64,000 nt of DNA from Massalongia carnosa (lineage: Eukaryota): NCBI GenBank assembly GCA_965645245.1, contig OZ287088.1:682001-746000 (forward strand), in the 5' to 3' direction. Below are positions 1-12,582 of the stretch, piece by piece. A program made the translations under genes and the position numbers. Below the pieces are notes generated by a model, which was not told where the DNA came from, did no database searches, and saw only the letters and a list, made by a program, of their open reading frames with translations. Position 1 is the stretch's first letter. Each line of letters starts with the position of its first letter.

Positions 1-407
1 TAGTGATAATAATCTAGGAGGATTGATTCTAAGTCTTTGCTTAGATGGAGATGCTGAGTTCCGATGTAATTTAGTAGTAGATACCCGTTTTCTGAGTTGT
101 TTGGAGGGCTGTTTGGGGGGCTGTTTTGGAGGCTGTATTGGAGGCTGTTTTCGAGCAGGACTGGAATAACTACGTTAAAAGTTGATACGACTGCAAAAGG
201 CAGTATAAAGAGGAGAGCCATTAGCTACTGTACTAAATTATGGTATGTGGTCCAATTCTCTCGCTTTATTTTTTTTTACCGCGCAGTTTCGTGGTTCAAA
301 GTTCGGCAAACCAATTTGCAAACGGGTATAAATGACTCAGACGTTCTTTTCGGCAAGTGCTTCCGTTGACGCGATATAAACGAGGATATCACTGTCGTTG
401 ATGCGGA

Positions 408-555
408 TACGCCGCGCAACGGGTTGGGTATTCGCCACAAAATTGCTCGCCACCGGGTTTTTCTCTGAAAATTCAACGCGGACAACAAAAATCATAGGGT
501 TCGCCACAAACGGGTTGGGTTTTCAGTAGAGAAACCCGACCCGTTGCGCGGCGCA
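408..555. mobile_element. hAT-type MITE, copy 1 (148 bp)
   Basis: TIR TACGCCGCGCAACGGG / CCCGTTGCGCGGCGCA; perfect 8-bp TSD GATGCGGA at 400-407 and 556-563. Confidence 0.88.
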
Positions 556-728
556 GATGCGGAGTATATTTCTCATGACGTAGAATGAGATGAAAGTTTT
601 GCCAGCGATTGAACCTCCGCCGAGTCGGATTCAAAAAATTCGAATCCGATCCGTTCCGACTCGGACCTGGAATCAGAGGTCAAAAACCCGGATCCGATCC
701 GATTCCTTTGGGGTACCTTAACTGTGAT

Positions 729-1144
729 TACGCCGCGCAACGGGTTGGTTTAAACCCGTCGGATTTTACCCAGCCCGTCGGGTTTGGGTCGGGTTCGGGT
801 TTTTTATGCGCGTTTCCGGGTTAAACCGTTCAACCCGGGCAGTTTTTCCTGCAAATTAAATATAAAAATTCGACAAAAATATGACGTTTAAAGTGATAAA
901 TTTTTCGCTTACTAATCATCATTTCTTGATGACTAATTTTCAGAATTTTCAAATGTGATTAAAACGTCTACGAAACACGTTTAAAATTGACATAAAAAAT
1001 CGACCGGGTCGAACTAGTCAAACGGGTTAACCCAGGAACGGTTCCCTAACCCAACGGGTTGAGCCCTACAGGCTCACCAACTCGGTAGCGGGTCGGGTTC
1101 GACTAGTCAAAAACCCGACCTAACCCGACCCGTTGCGCGGCGTA
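729..1144. mobile_element. hAT-type MITE with the same TIR but a different interior (416 bp)
   Basis: TIR TACGCCGCGCAACGGG...CCCGTTGCGCGGCGTA; flanks ACTGTGAT/ACTGTAGT (6/8 match, degenerate TSD); many subterminal AACCCG/CGGGTT motifs. Confidence 0.8.
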
Positions 1145-1775
1145 ACTGTAGTCGTGGGGTAGTGGAGGGAGAATTGATCACCTTGGTATATAATAAAAAT
1201 ATTTGGAAGGGATAGTTTATTTTTCTACTATCTGCAGGGATTTTACCTGAACTCCTAAAATGTAAGCTAGCCTAATTAGGTAATCGCAGTCAACAACTGC
1301 CTGACCACAATCTAGTTGCGCTAACATAGGCTAACATCAACATTGAGGACACAAATCGTTGATTCTGCAGAACAGTCTCAAGTTGCACTTCTTGATTTAT
1401 ATTCGTTGATATATTCTCGATTTGCTCTCTAGAGTTAGAAATTTTAGTGTTCCCCTCCCAACGAATGAAAATCGGGGGATCACCATCAGCGAATTTCAGA
1501 TATAGACCAAGGTGGGGCAAAATAGTAGGGGGGGGGTTGGGGGAGGGATAATTCGGAATAGAATGTCAAGAATTGCCCGATCAAGAAACGAACGAGAATC
1601 AATCGATACTGAATCCTACCGATGTGCAAATTTTTCCATCCCGACCGTTATTTTCATTAGATTTAATCCTATACGTTTATGGAATTTTAAAATCTATTGT
1701 GAGAAATTTTTATTCTGAAGGATTTGAACACGAGCCAGCACGCAGCTCGCTTCGCTCGCGGAGTGGGTGATTAGA

Positions 1776-2135
1776 TGTAAGACGTATGCTTCTACTCAGA
1801 GGGCGTATTGGTCACGTGAAGGGGGTGTCTCAATAATGTATGTTATTGATCTATGCCCTTAGAATAAGGTGGGCATCGACCTCTATATCCTACAGACGTG
1901 TCTCCCCCTAAGACTCCCTTATCGGATAGCCCCCAGCTATCTGATTGGTCTGAATGGCTCCCGGCCCCTTTGGGCGGTTATTGCCATCCGACATGGGTTT
2001 CCAGCCGTCCCCCTGAGACGGCATGTGGCCGACAGCGGAATCAGCCCATTAGGGTCGGGCCGGGTTCGGCGGCCGAGTCATGCTGATGCCCCTTTTCCAT
2101 ATCCTTCTCCGTAGTCTCTATGGCAGGTCCTGACA
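1776..2135. mobile_element. probable solo LTR
   Basis: TGTAAG...CTGACA termini; flanks TTAGA/TTGGG differ only by G/A transitions; non-coding. Confidence 0.5.
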
Positions 2136-2377
2136 TTGGGAGAGTAAAAAATCACAATTGCGTTTCGGGCAAACAGTTTCGTTTGCAATATAGATATATA
2201 GATATTGGATAAAAAAAGTCATAGTTCCGAGAGTGCCAATGTGTAGGAAATTTCATCTTTTGCCCCTTGGGAGAAACCGTCAACCGTATGCTTACATCCC
2301 CTTGAAGTCATCAGCGCTGACGACTTTTGAGCTCCGCCGTGTTGTCAAAGTAGTTTTAATGCTTTCTGTCAATTCTC

Positions 2378-3030
2378 ACGGAGTTTGTACCAGAAATAAA
2401 TACTATAAGAACTGTGATGTATCTGTATTTAGTATCTTGTTAGTCCTCGGTGCATTGAACCACATGGTCTCGGGGAGTCAACTTACCTTGCGCCAGCGAT
2501 AGATAATTCTACAGTTTTCGCTTTCGTCAAGCTAGATAATATTGCGATGAAAAGAATTACTGAAATTATAATGATAACCATTCGACCCATTGCACCATCC
2601 GTGGCACGGCAGATTACCACTGGTATCAATAGAATAAAGACTATAAGGGAGAATATCAGTATCCGAGTTGCCCTCACTATAAAGGAGCCAGGAAATATAT
2701 AAACTTGTGAGTCCCTCGAAATAGAATTCTGACATTACGATAAGCCTAAACTCTTTAAAAAGAATATGAAGATGTATTTAGATATCACGAAAACCCTTGT
2801 AGAATCGTATCATATTATCTTCCACCTAAGGTCTGAGCTGCGTCACTACATTGTCGCCCGCTGGAGCTATGCTGAGCGAATCCTTGCGATGAGTCAAGTA
2901 CGCAGCTTCCTCTCTAGCCAAGCAGGCATTGCCATTGACCTAGTTTTGTAGACTCTGCATATCTCGTGACTTTGCAGCTTCGAACCCTAGCATTCGGTGG
3001 TTTCTTTCTACGAGCGCGTCTGCCAAACTT
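2378..3030 (-). pseudogene. DUF6594-like membrane protein (three C-terminal TM helices), degraded
   Basis: Translates to LADALVERNHRMLGFEAAKSRDMQSLQN*VNGNACLAREEAAYL and the hydrophobic LIVFILLIPVVIC...LSSLTKAKTVELSIAGA; in-frame stops; family recognised by eye. Confidence 0.55.
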
Positions 3031-3575
3031 TTTTTAAAAAGCTGCCTTTCAGTGCTCTGGGAAGTCCAGCACACCATAGTCAGCCAAGGCGGCGGCATCA
3101 TTGTCCGAGAGAACAGAGCCTCGCTCCAAGTTATTATCGAACCGACTGCTCCCAAGACATAGAACGGCATTTTCTTCTCGATCGATTTTCTCTAATGGCT
3201 TTTCGAGTATGAACACCCTGTCCTGCTTTAACAGTAGTAGCCGAGTACGTAAATTAGAGAAACGACGATAGAGATTGAACGAATTGTCAGCTGCAAGGAG
3301 CGTGTCCAGAGAAATTGCTATATACGAAATTTCCAGGTCTAGCTTTATTTATTATCTTTTTCAGGCTCGAAGTAATGTTGTCGTATGTTGGCCATGAATT
3401 TGGGGTTTTAGTTAGATGACGGGAATTTGTATCAGAGGGTGTGCTCTCCCTAAAGATAACGATGTGCGTAGGTGCATATCTGGTCTTGAGATATTGTTCA
3501 ATGCTCTGCATATCTCGGACACATCCCTCTAGAAGTTTCGCGGGGCTCAAATAGAAATTGACCCCAATCAGAACA

Positions 3576-6500
3576 TGTTAAATGGTAAGGCTACCATCGG
3601 TTAGATGGTCAGACTACCACTAGCATAGGCATCCATCGTGAGCCTCGGGAGGTGCCTTGCAAAGTGCCTAAAAAAAAGCAGATATGGGAGTCAAGGTCTG
3701 ATCGTCAGGGTGCCTAAACAAGCAGATATAGGGGGACAAGGTCTAACCGTTTAGGCTCCTAGATGTGACTGTTTTGTGACTGCTATATAAAGCAGACAAA
3801 TAGCCCACATAGATAATCACCTTCAATGACAATCATGCTACTATACCTACAAAGTGAATTTATATTTCATAGGTTATGAGCCCGGCTCACTTCTACTACG
3901 TTTGAATAAGCCCCTACATTGATTGTCAAACAAACTCACCTCCACCTCTTCCACCTACCTCATTCTATATTATATATATATTCATTTTCATATTCCACTT
4001 CAAAATCCAAGCAACCAAAGGGATCCTCTTTTTCCTCCGCTCAGTAACCCCTACTCCTAAGCACAATGGCCAAAAGGGAGAGTCTATACAAATTCCCAAA
4101 GCTAATGGGGAGTGGAAACTATAAGAAATGGTCCAGAGACATGGCCTTCGCCCTGCAGGAGGCGGAACTTTGGAACTACGTGACTGGTGCTCGGAAAATG
4201 CCTCGAGAAATTCCCCCTCCACTTCAAAAAGCTGATGAGACACCCCCGGAGGAAACAGAGGAACAGCTAGAAAAGCGGGACAAACCGGACCTTGAACGCC
4301 TAGAGTTCTCGGAGAAACAAAGGAGAGTAGTTGGTAAAATAGGCAAGATGTGCATGGATGACGTGCAACAGGAATTCTTGTCGATGAGAGACCTAGCCAA
4401 TGGGGGCATCTGGGACCCGAAGGACCTTTGGAAACACCTGAAAACCCGATACACCCTCAAAATTGGAGTGCGAAATGGAGCACATTCAACCGGCTGGAGG
4501 AGATAAACTATGAAAAATGGAAGACCATCGAGGAGTATGGTAGCCTAGTCAGGGATATCAAGGCCGAAATCACCGACATGGCCCTGACCGTTGAGCACAT
4601 TGTAGTGCTCAAACTCTTCAATGGACTCGGCAGTTCATTCAACACCTACCTGACCATCCTGAACGAACAAGCTCGGCGGGAAGACAAATTCCCGGCGTTG
4701 GATGACTTACTAAAAAACCTAGAGGACGAGGAGGCTCGTATGCGCCAGGACCCTGTCGCCGTAGCTAACATGCTGAAGGCAAAGGGAAGAAGAACCCCAC
4801 CGAACAGGGTAAGACCAAATGCAAATGCTGTGGTTATAATCACTCCGGAAAATGCAGGCATAGCAACGCTACATGTAGGAAGTGTAGTAAGATTGGTCAT
4901 CTGGAACGCGTTTATGAAAGCAAAGAAGGTAATGAAACCTCAAAACCCCAAATAGTTTGTACAATAAGGGAATGTTCCGGGAAAAGAACCCAGGAAACAC
5001 CGCTTATTTGTATGGCAAATCTGTACCGAGGCCCCAAGAATGCCCACGATCTATTGATCGACTCCGGTGCCACCGCGCACATTATATGCAATAAAGATCA
5101 CTTTCAAGAAGGGACCTTTCGGAGCGAAAATAGCTTTTTAGAAACAGGTTCCGGTGAGGTGTTATCGACAGAGGGGAAAGGCTCTCTACTCGTATCACTG
5201 GACAATGGAAATGGAGGTATAACGGACCTCATTTTGACCAACGTTCTTTTCGCCCCCGACATAAAATTCAATCTCATTAGCACAATACAACTCGGCAAAA
5301 AGGGCATATCAACGTACCTGATGGCGGATGACAAGCCCACTTAACTGGTGCATAAAGGAAAGGTGGTTGGACTGGCCAAAACAATCAATAATCAATGTTT
5401 TGCAGACAACCACTATCAGCCCTACCGAAGCACGGGCCCTCACCACCACAAACGGTGCAAAGGCCCCTATCCAAACATGACACGAACGACTCGGCCATCT
5501 CAGCTACCCAAACCTCCTAAAATTAAATCATTTAGCCAATGGAGTCACAATCGAAGGACCCATACCAGAAGAAGTATGCGGCTCATGCATGATAGGAAGA
5601 CAACAGCGGAAAATAAATCGCACTCCACGAACCCGAGCAACAGAATTTCTCGGAATAGTGCATAGCGACTTAGGGGGACCATTTCCACTGACAAGGTTCG
5701 GTGAACGTTTTTATGCTACGATGAAAGACGACTTCTCCGGGGTAGTGTGGATCTACCTGCTGAAAACAAAGGGTTAAACCTTCGAATGTTTTAAGCAGTT
5801 CAAGGCATGGATAGAAAATCAATCGGGAAAGAAAATTAAGAGACTCCGAGCTGATGGAGGAGGGGAGTACACCAGTGGTGACTTCCAGGAATTCCTAAAG
5901 AGTAAAGGTATCCAGTGGGGGGCCCGGGCACCAAATGTGCCAGAACAGAATAGGAAGGCCGAAAGGCAAAATTATACCGTCATGGTCCCCACTCGGTCCA
6001 TGATGAAGGCTAAAAAGCCCCCAAAGTCCCTTTGGAGGGAGGTCCTGAAGACGGCCGGGTACATCAAGAATAGAATTCCCGGGGTTGACGAGGTCACTCC
6101 ATATGAACGCATGAATAATGCGAAACTCTTCCTCGGCCACATGAGAACGGTCGGGGCAAGGACGTGGGTACATATCCCAAAAGAGAAGCGCAAGAAGCTG
6201 GACGATAGGTTCTGGCAGGGGATATTTGTTGGGTATGAAGGAAACAATCAGTATCGAATTTACGATCCTCTCACTGGAAAAGTCCATGTTTGTCGCGATA
6301 TCACCGTCGACGAAGGCAATATATATGATTCCAAGGACAAAAAGGCCTGGGACCTAGCCGACATTCCATGGGAGGGGGACGATGATGCTTTGTTTGATGA
6401 CCGAGATGCTTTTGTTGATGAAAACAAAAGTCATAATCCGCCATCTTCGTTGTCTCCGAAAACTCCGAGCTCTGAAATATCGAGAAGTTCGGAATTTCAA

Positions 6501-7474
6501 AATGAAACGGCCCCATCAGCACCACGGATAGTACTACATCCAATGGGAGTAAATGCTTCGGGGGGAGGCCGAGAAGAGGAGAATGGGGGGAGAGTGACTC
6601 CGATGAAGTGGAGGACATTCCTCGCCAGCCCATCGAACCTCGAAGATCTGGACGAATAAGGGTCCCCAGTCAAAGAACACTGGAGAACATCCGTCCCAGC
6701 ATCAACACCGACGAGGAGAATGGGGGGGGAGAGTTACTCCGATGAAGTGGAGGACATTCCTCGCCAGCCCATCGAACCTCGAAGATCTGGACGAATAAGG
6801 GTCCCCAGTCAAAGAGCACTGGAGAACATTCGTCCCAGCATCAACATCGTATTCAGTTCAAACCAGGTCCCGAAATCCCATGAGCACATGGTGCGGGTGC
6901 TAGCAACCCTGGCAGGAGGCGAGGATATGAGGGCCTCGCTGATCCTTTGACACTGAAACAGGCTATGTCCTCACACCACTGGGATCAATGGAGAAAGGTC
7001 TTGGAGACCGAATATAAATAGCTAGTGGAGAATGAAACTTGGACACTAGAAAGGACACCGACTGATCGAAAGGTGATCACCGGTCGCTGGGTGTTCAAAA
7101 TAAAGAACCAAAGAGATGGTGTGCAGATGAGCTTACGAAGCTACTGGCCGCTAAACCTTTTGCAATGCTTGGCATGAGCTAAGCTCAAAGAGGAAATTAA
7201 TTCCCGAATAACCTCAAAGATAGCTGAATGGGAGTGTTAAATGGTAAGGCTACCATCGGTTAGATTGTCAGACTACCACTAGTATAGGCATCCATCGTGA
7301 GGTGCCTTGCAAAGTGCCTAAAAAAAAGCAGATATGGGAGTCAAGGGGACAAGGTCTGACCGTTTAGGCTCCTAGATGTGACTGTTTTGTGATTTCTATA
7401 TGAAGCAGACAAATAGCTCCATTGATAATCACCTTCAATGATACTATAACTACAAAGTGATTTTATATTTCATA
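3576..7474 (+). mobile_element. Ty1/Copia LTR retrotransposon, internally deleted (most of RT/RNase H missing)
   Basis: LTRs 3576-3871 and 7235-7474; 5-bp TSD GAACA; PBS GGTTATGAGCCC 3872-3883; gag (4066-4955, frameshifted), protease LIDSGATAH, integrase VHSDLGGP...PEQN, start of RT; purine tract before 3' LTR. Confidence 0.93.
6576..6847 (+). repeat. tandem duplication, ~137-bp period, in the Copia integrase-RT linker
   Basis: GAGGAGAATGGGGGG...CCCAGCATCAACA begins at 6576 and again at 6713. Confidence 0.85.
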
Positions 7475-7616
7475 GAACAGCCCAATGACCTAGCGTAGCA
7501 TCTATTTCATTCGTTGTGATGAATATTTCGTCAAGTCTCTCAAGAATTAGAGGTTAGCCGTAGGCAACCGCTGCTCCTCATTTTCGCAGTCAATCCGTGG
7601 AAAGAGAACGAAATCA

Positions 7617-8101
7617 ATGGAAGACTTCGAGTACCTGGAAGACGACAAGGACTTCGAAGAGTGGAAAGACAATAATCCGGAAGAGTTTTTTAATGTTTAT
7701 GTAAAGGAGTCAATAAAGAATAACTTGAAAAACTTGGAGGATAAATCAGAGTCAGAAAGGAATTACAGGGAAGAATTGGAGATATTAAAGGCTATAGTCC
7801 ATGAATATAATGCTGCCAACGCAATATCTCAAGGTCATCCAGATCGAGCGGTCTATTTATACAACCTTGGATGTAACCTCGAAAAGCTCTACGAAAAAAG
7901 AGGACACACTAGCGATATTGACGAAGCTATACGCATTGGACAAGCTGCTATCGATTCTATGCCTGAAAATCATCCAGATCGGGTGCAATATTAAGCTCGC
8001 CTTGGAGTTAGACTTCACTGTCGATATGTACGAACAAGATCAATGGAAGACCTCAAGAAGGCTACACTTATTGCACAAGCTACCGTTGATGCCATGCCTG
8101 A
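7617..8101 (+). pseudogene. TPR-repeat protein of the type found N-terminal to fungal CHAT proteases; truncated
   Basis: Repeats GHPDRAVYLYNLGCNL..YE..G...DIDEAIRIGQAAIDSMPENHPDR; in-frame stop at 7992-7994; cut at 8102 by an LTR-like sequence; CHAT domain not seen. Confidence 0.7.
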
Positions 8102-8315
8102 TGTAAGAACCACTATCCAGGGAAGACGAATAGTAGTCAGCTATCTAAGAGACTAAGCATGAAGAAGGGAAATCTATCTACAAAGAAGAATGTGAAATGT
8201 ATATGCCCCGTTTGCCCTTCTTCTCGAAGTTTCCATCCGGCTCTAGAAGCTTATCTCCGAAGCTTCGGTCGGAAAGAGCCGTTGGATTTAGCGCTCCCAC
8301 ACCCGAGTCCTGACA
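8102..8315. mobile_element. LTR-like sequence truncating the TPR gene
   Basis: TGTAAG...CCTGACA termini like the 1776 element; no matching TSD. Confidence 0.4.
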
Positions 8316-8606
8316 TTGTCGAACGTCTTGTCCACCTAGCTACATAATCAAGTAAGGCCCCGTTCGGTAACCTCCTTATTGTCAATAAGGAGCCTCCTTC
8401 TTAAAAATATGGAACCTCCTTATAATGAAAAATACCTTCTGTTCGGTTCGGCCTCCTTCTTATTTTTTAAGGAGTCTCCTCGCGGCAAGTTCTATAATTG
8501 GTATATTACAAAAGGTCTGCAGGGATTGTTGCAGGGGGCCAAATAAAGGTGGTCGCGAGGTCCTTTTTTTATTAAGGAGAGTTCTATTTGCCTCTGTATT
8601 TGACGA

Positions 8607-10049
8607 TTGTATGTCTTTTAAATATGGAACACTACTTGCAGCGACGATCGCAAACAGCGACGGTTATCAATTTAATCTTGATGAGAATTATTCCCAATCT
8701 AATTCTGACTACTCAGCATGAGTCGAATAGAGGCAAAGAATATACTACGAGTTTACTTATTGGTCATCATCGTCGCATTTTTAACATACTTCGAATGCGT
8801 CTCGAGATCTTTAATGCGCTATTGGACAGGTTATTAAAAAATACCAATTTGGGATCTACTAGATAGATTGATGCGACTGAAAAGTTAACTATGTTTCTCG
8901 TCTACGTCGGTCAAGGTGTTTCGTATCGTTTGATATCTGAATGGTTCGGGCTGTCACGATTCTACACGGCACGGCCTCGGCACTCGGCACCGCCTAGGGC
9001 AATCGTAGATGGAACACGCAGGCGCTTTCGATTTCGTTCCCGCAGCTGCTAGAAGGTTCCATGACGACTATACCACATGGGTACTAGCGCAGTAGAGGAT
9101 ATATAGGGGCAGGTTCTGGTTGTCGATTGTCTTTTTCCTTCTTCATCTTTATTGTATTCGTTTCTAGTGTCCCTATGACTTGTTTCTAGGTAGATTATAG
9201 CACGGGCACAGTCTCGATACCGTCAGTAGAGTCTTTAAAGAGGTCTTGTATGCACTTATCACGCTGCATAAACGTACTGTAAAGATGCCTCAGTCGAATA
9301 CTTCATTGTCGTCTCGTATAGCTAGAAATCCAAAATATTATCCCTTCTTTAAGGATTGTATTGGGGCGTTGGATGGTTCTCATATATCAGCTTTTATTCC
9401 ATTATCGAAACAGGCCGCTTGGAGGAATCGCAAAGGCTCTATATCTCAAATCCTTTTAGCTGCGTGCGATATAGATATTTATTTCGTTTATATACTTGCT
9501 GGATGGGAGGGAACTGCTAACGATAGAAGAGTCTTGAATGATGCCACCAACAAAGGATTTATCGCGCCGTCAGGCAAATACTATCTCGCCGACGCTGGAT
9601 ACTCGACCACTCTCATGACTTTGGTTCTCTATCGGGGCGTCAGATATCATCTCAAAGAACAGGCACAGCAGGCATCGAAACTACAGACCAAGCAAGAGCT
9701 ATTTAATCTTCGTCATTCGTCGCTAAGAAATATCATTGAACTACTGTTTGGCGTCATAAAACGAAGATTTCGAATACTGCAAACTGCTCCGGAGCATCCT
9801 ATGCGCACACAAGTAGGAATGATATATGCGTTGACGGCGTTGAATAACTTTATTTATCATCATAATAATAGCATATCTGATAACATAGATAACGAGATAA
9901 CGTCTGAAGAAGCATCAAACGACGTCGAAGATAAGGATGAAGAAGATGAAAGTTCAAATCATCTTGAGAAAGATAGTAAAGTCGTAAACGCCAAACGAGA
10001 GGATATTGCTACTCAAATGTGGATTCAATATAGACAACATATAGATTAG
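8607..10049 (+). pseudogene. Harbinger (HARBI1-like) DDE transposase interrupted by a solo LTR
   Basis: CIGALDGSH, GWEGTAND, YYLADAGY, LFNLRHSSLRNIIE motifs; in-frame stops upstream; removing the LTR restores EWFGHSLDTVSRVF. Confidence 0.88.
8952..9202. mobile_element. solo LTR (251 bp)
   Basis: TGTCAC...TAGCA with 5-bp TSD CGGGC; partial inverted copy at 14699-14836. Confidence 0.88.
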
Positions 10050-10153
10050 AGCGAAATCTCCATGGAATAGATCAAATTTCAGTGATAACTTGATGCATTG
10101 AGTCGAGAAAGTATTTCATATGTAGACGTTATTCAACTACTTAAAATAAAATC

Positions 10154-11103
10154 CTATAAACTCTTCTTTATTTGTTCCTGTAATTTTTCCAACTGCCTTT
10201 CCATCCATCGACGTCTGAATTTTGAACTCGTCAAACTTATAAAGATACGAGCTTTCGTCTCGTCTTCAAACACCTCCGTCATTCGAATCTGATCCTCCAT
10301 ATCCAGATACTCAAACGCTGGAAAGAACACGCCCAAAGCTCGCTCTATTGGGGTCTCAACATTATTATCTTTCAATAATTGTGATGTCTGCTGCTCGTTG
10401 GAGGTTGATAGAAATTTGATCGCTCAGCAAGATGCTCAGAGCCGGTCTTTCTGATTCGTTTGAGACCTTCAGATGGGCCTGATGCAGAAGCGGTTCCAGC
10501 ACGTTTTCTGAGAGAGGATACCGACGACGCGGCAGATAACGACTGAGAAATAGGGTTGGAAGACTGTAAGAATGACTGTTCTTCATCATATAAGTTATCG
10601 ACAGCTGCTAATCGAATTCGTGGATCTAGGGCGTCTTCCTCCTCATTTAATATATCTTTATCTTCGCCTTCATCAAAATTATTTACATCTACAGCTTCCT
10701 CGCCAGTAGCCAGAACGTCAAAGAACAGCGTGTTTAACAGAGCCTCATATCTAATTGGTTTTGCGGAGGTTCGAAACTCCTTGGCCTGGGGATGTTTGTC
10801 TAGATATCGATCCCATACCTCGTCGGGTGCGGTGACAGCATTGGTATGTGGATCTCTACCGAAAGCAGATTGGTTGGCTAGATGATACCAAGTTTTGTAC
10901 TTGATCTTGAAGGTATCATACTTATTCTTCAACTGATCAGTTGATGCGATGATGTTGAGTTGAGTTTTCATCGCCATTTCTACAGCAGTCCAGGCATCTC
11001 TTTTATATCCTGAGTCGGCTCGCAACCCCTTACCCACCTCCTCAACAAGAGTCTCACAGAGGATCTCCTCCATTAAGTGATTCCATTTGAGTCTCGAAGG
11101 CAT
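10154..11103 (-). CDS. Myb/SANT-like DNA-binding protein (Harbinger ORF2), split by a frameshift or intron near 10372
   Basis: W.HLMEEILCETL...GYKRDAW...QLKNKYDTFK..Y..W...SAFG.D......APDEVWDRYL..HP pattern typical of Harbinger Myb/SANT proteins. Confidence 0.8.
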
Positions 11104-11496
11104 GACGGCGATATTAGAAGAAATATACTGAAAAACGAAGACAATTATCTATGTTGGAGTATATCATAACAGCAGTATGCTGTTTTCTATCTAGCAAGCT
11201 CAAACTCTATCAGTTTGAGCGTAGAACTAAGTAAGCTAAGCCTCAATTGGCTTATTATCATCAGTAGCCTTTAGTGTGACTGCTACTAATTCATTTTCTT
11301 CGACAATCTACCCCGCGATGACATCAATATACTGACTGATTAATAGCTTCTTATTGTAGCCGCGAACAAGACGCTATAAACGCACGGACACCAGCTTATT
11401 CAGGGGTGCAAAAAGGAGCAGTCTTAATGTTACCGAACAGACCCTAATACGTTTGCACCATCTGAATTTCTACCTGACCTGGCACCGTGACAACCT

Positions 11497-12178
11497 TTGC
11501 CTCAGTACCTCAGACGTGTGTAGGCTCTAGGAGCCGTCTAAGCCCCTCCGGGTTAGCCTATTTCACTAAGCTTCTTCGGATTAGCGTCCCAGCTGACTAA
11601 CGTGGCTACGATACCACGTCTGAGTGCAAAACTAAATATTACGGTCAGATATTCGTAATAAATCGTGTATTAATGCGATTTTTCGTCATTTTGACGTCTT
11701 GCTTTTTCGTTTGACATGGGCTATTTCTTCGAAAGAATTCAAGTAGAATTTGTATAGAAAGTTTCCTGAAAATCCTTTTCGTTGTAAAGTTCATGTGGGG
11801 TAATCTGATTACACTTCGCATAGAAATCGAGAATCGACATAACGAAAATAACAAGATATATGTAAAATTGCTCTACACGTTATAAACATAAATAAAGATT
11901 GAAATTTATAACGAGAAAATCAAAAATACATTGATCATGATCATATCAAGTGACGACGACGTTACAAACATGAAAACAATGAAGTTGTGACGTTGTTCTA
12001 TAAGGTCGAAATAGTTCTTGTCATGATCGTTAAGCTATATCTGACCGTAATCTTGAGTTTTGGGCTCAGACTTGCTACAGATGTGCTGCGTAGTCAGTCT
12101 GTTAACCCGAAGGGGCATAACGTTCTGTAAGGCTAACCCGGAGGGGCTTAGGCGGGCACGTTTGAGGTACTGAGGCAA
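11497..12178. repeat. long imperfect inverted repeat (arms ~11497-11650 and ~12038-12178); foldback MITE or facing transposon ends
   Basis: TTGCCTCAGTACCTCA, TAAGCCCCTCCGGGTTAGCCT and ATTACGGTCAGATAT all recur as reverse complements in mirror order. Confidence 0.75.
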
Positions 12179-12582
12179 GTTTACCTTTTTTTCCCCAAGC
12201 TGTGAGGCGAAGTACGAACAGTGTAACTATATGGCTCTACAGTAGTAGTAGGACAATAGAATAGGAGTCGCTATGGAACAGCAGTAGGTGGAGTGTAATC
12301 AATAGATTGATCAGTGGCCCTCCGAAAGAGGTAGGCGAAGGGCTGTTTATCCTATAGCCCCACCTTGATCAGGCCACGTTCGTCAAACTAATTGCTATCA
12401 CATGATTAGACCGGTTGAGACTATCGCATAGGTGTCTTCCCGCGCACCCCCTGCAGAAGTGTGCGACCGCTTCCTGTCTTATAGAAAGCTGTCCTGACAC
12501 AAGTATCATTATCATTATCATCGACAATTAATTTTTGGCCCATCAGTTATTATAATTATCAGCTCAAAGTGAAGTCAATAAT

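Larger units (their letters stand above)
3050..7510 (-). pseudogene. caspase-like (Peptidase C14/metacaspase-type) gene disrupted by the Copia at 3576-7474
   Basis: Removing the Copia and one TSD restores HWAVLIGVNFYLSPAKLLEGCVRDM...ARPGNFVYSNFSGH, the typical N-terminal strand and His motif (SGHG-like) of fungal caspase domains; downstream part degraded. Confidence 0.7.
8356..11444. mobile_element. PIF/Harbinger DNA transposon
   Basis: TIRs GGCCCCGTTCGGTAAC / GTTACCGAACAGACCC (13/16 match); TAA on both flanks; two convergent genes (DDE transposase and Myb/SANT). Confidence 0.9.

Noticed and set aside
97..824. Short ORFs in the six-frame track (for example 97-369, 609-824) and ORFs antisense to large genes
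   Set aside because: They arise from repeat or MITE sequence or are shadow frames; no motifs
1730..1775. Helitron 3' end (GCTCGCTTCGCTCGC hairpin-like motif)
   Set aside because: No clear CTRR terminus, 5' TC end or Rep/helicase; too weak to call
12222..12499. Solo LTR (TGTAAC...CCTGACA)
   Set aside because: Plausible, but no matching TSD and no second copy in the window
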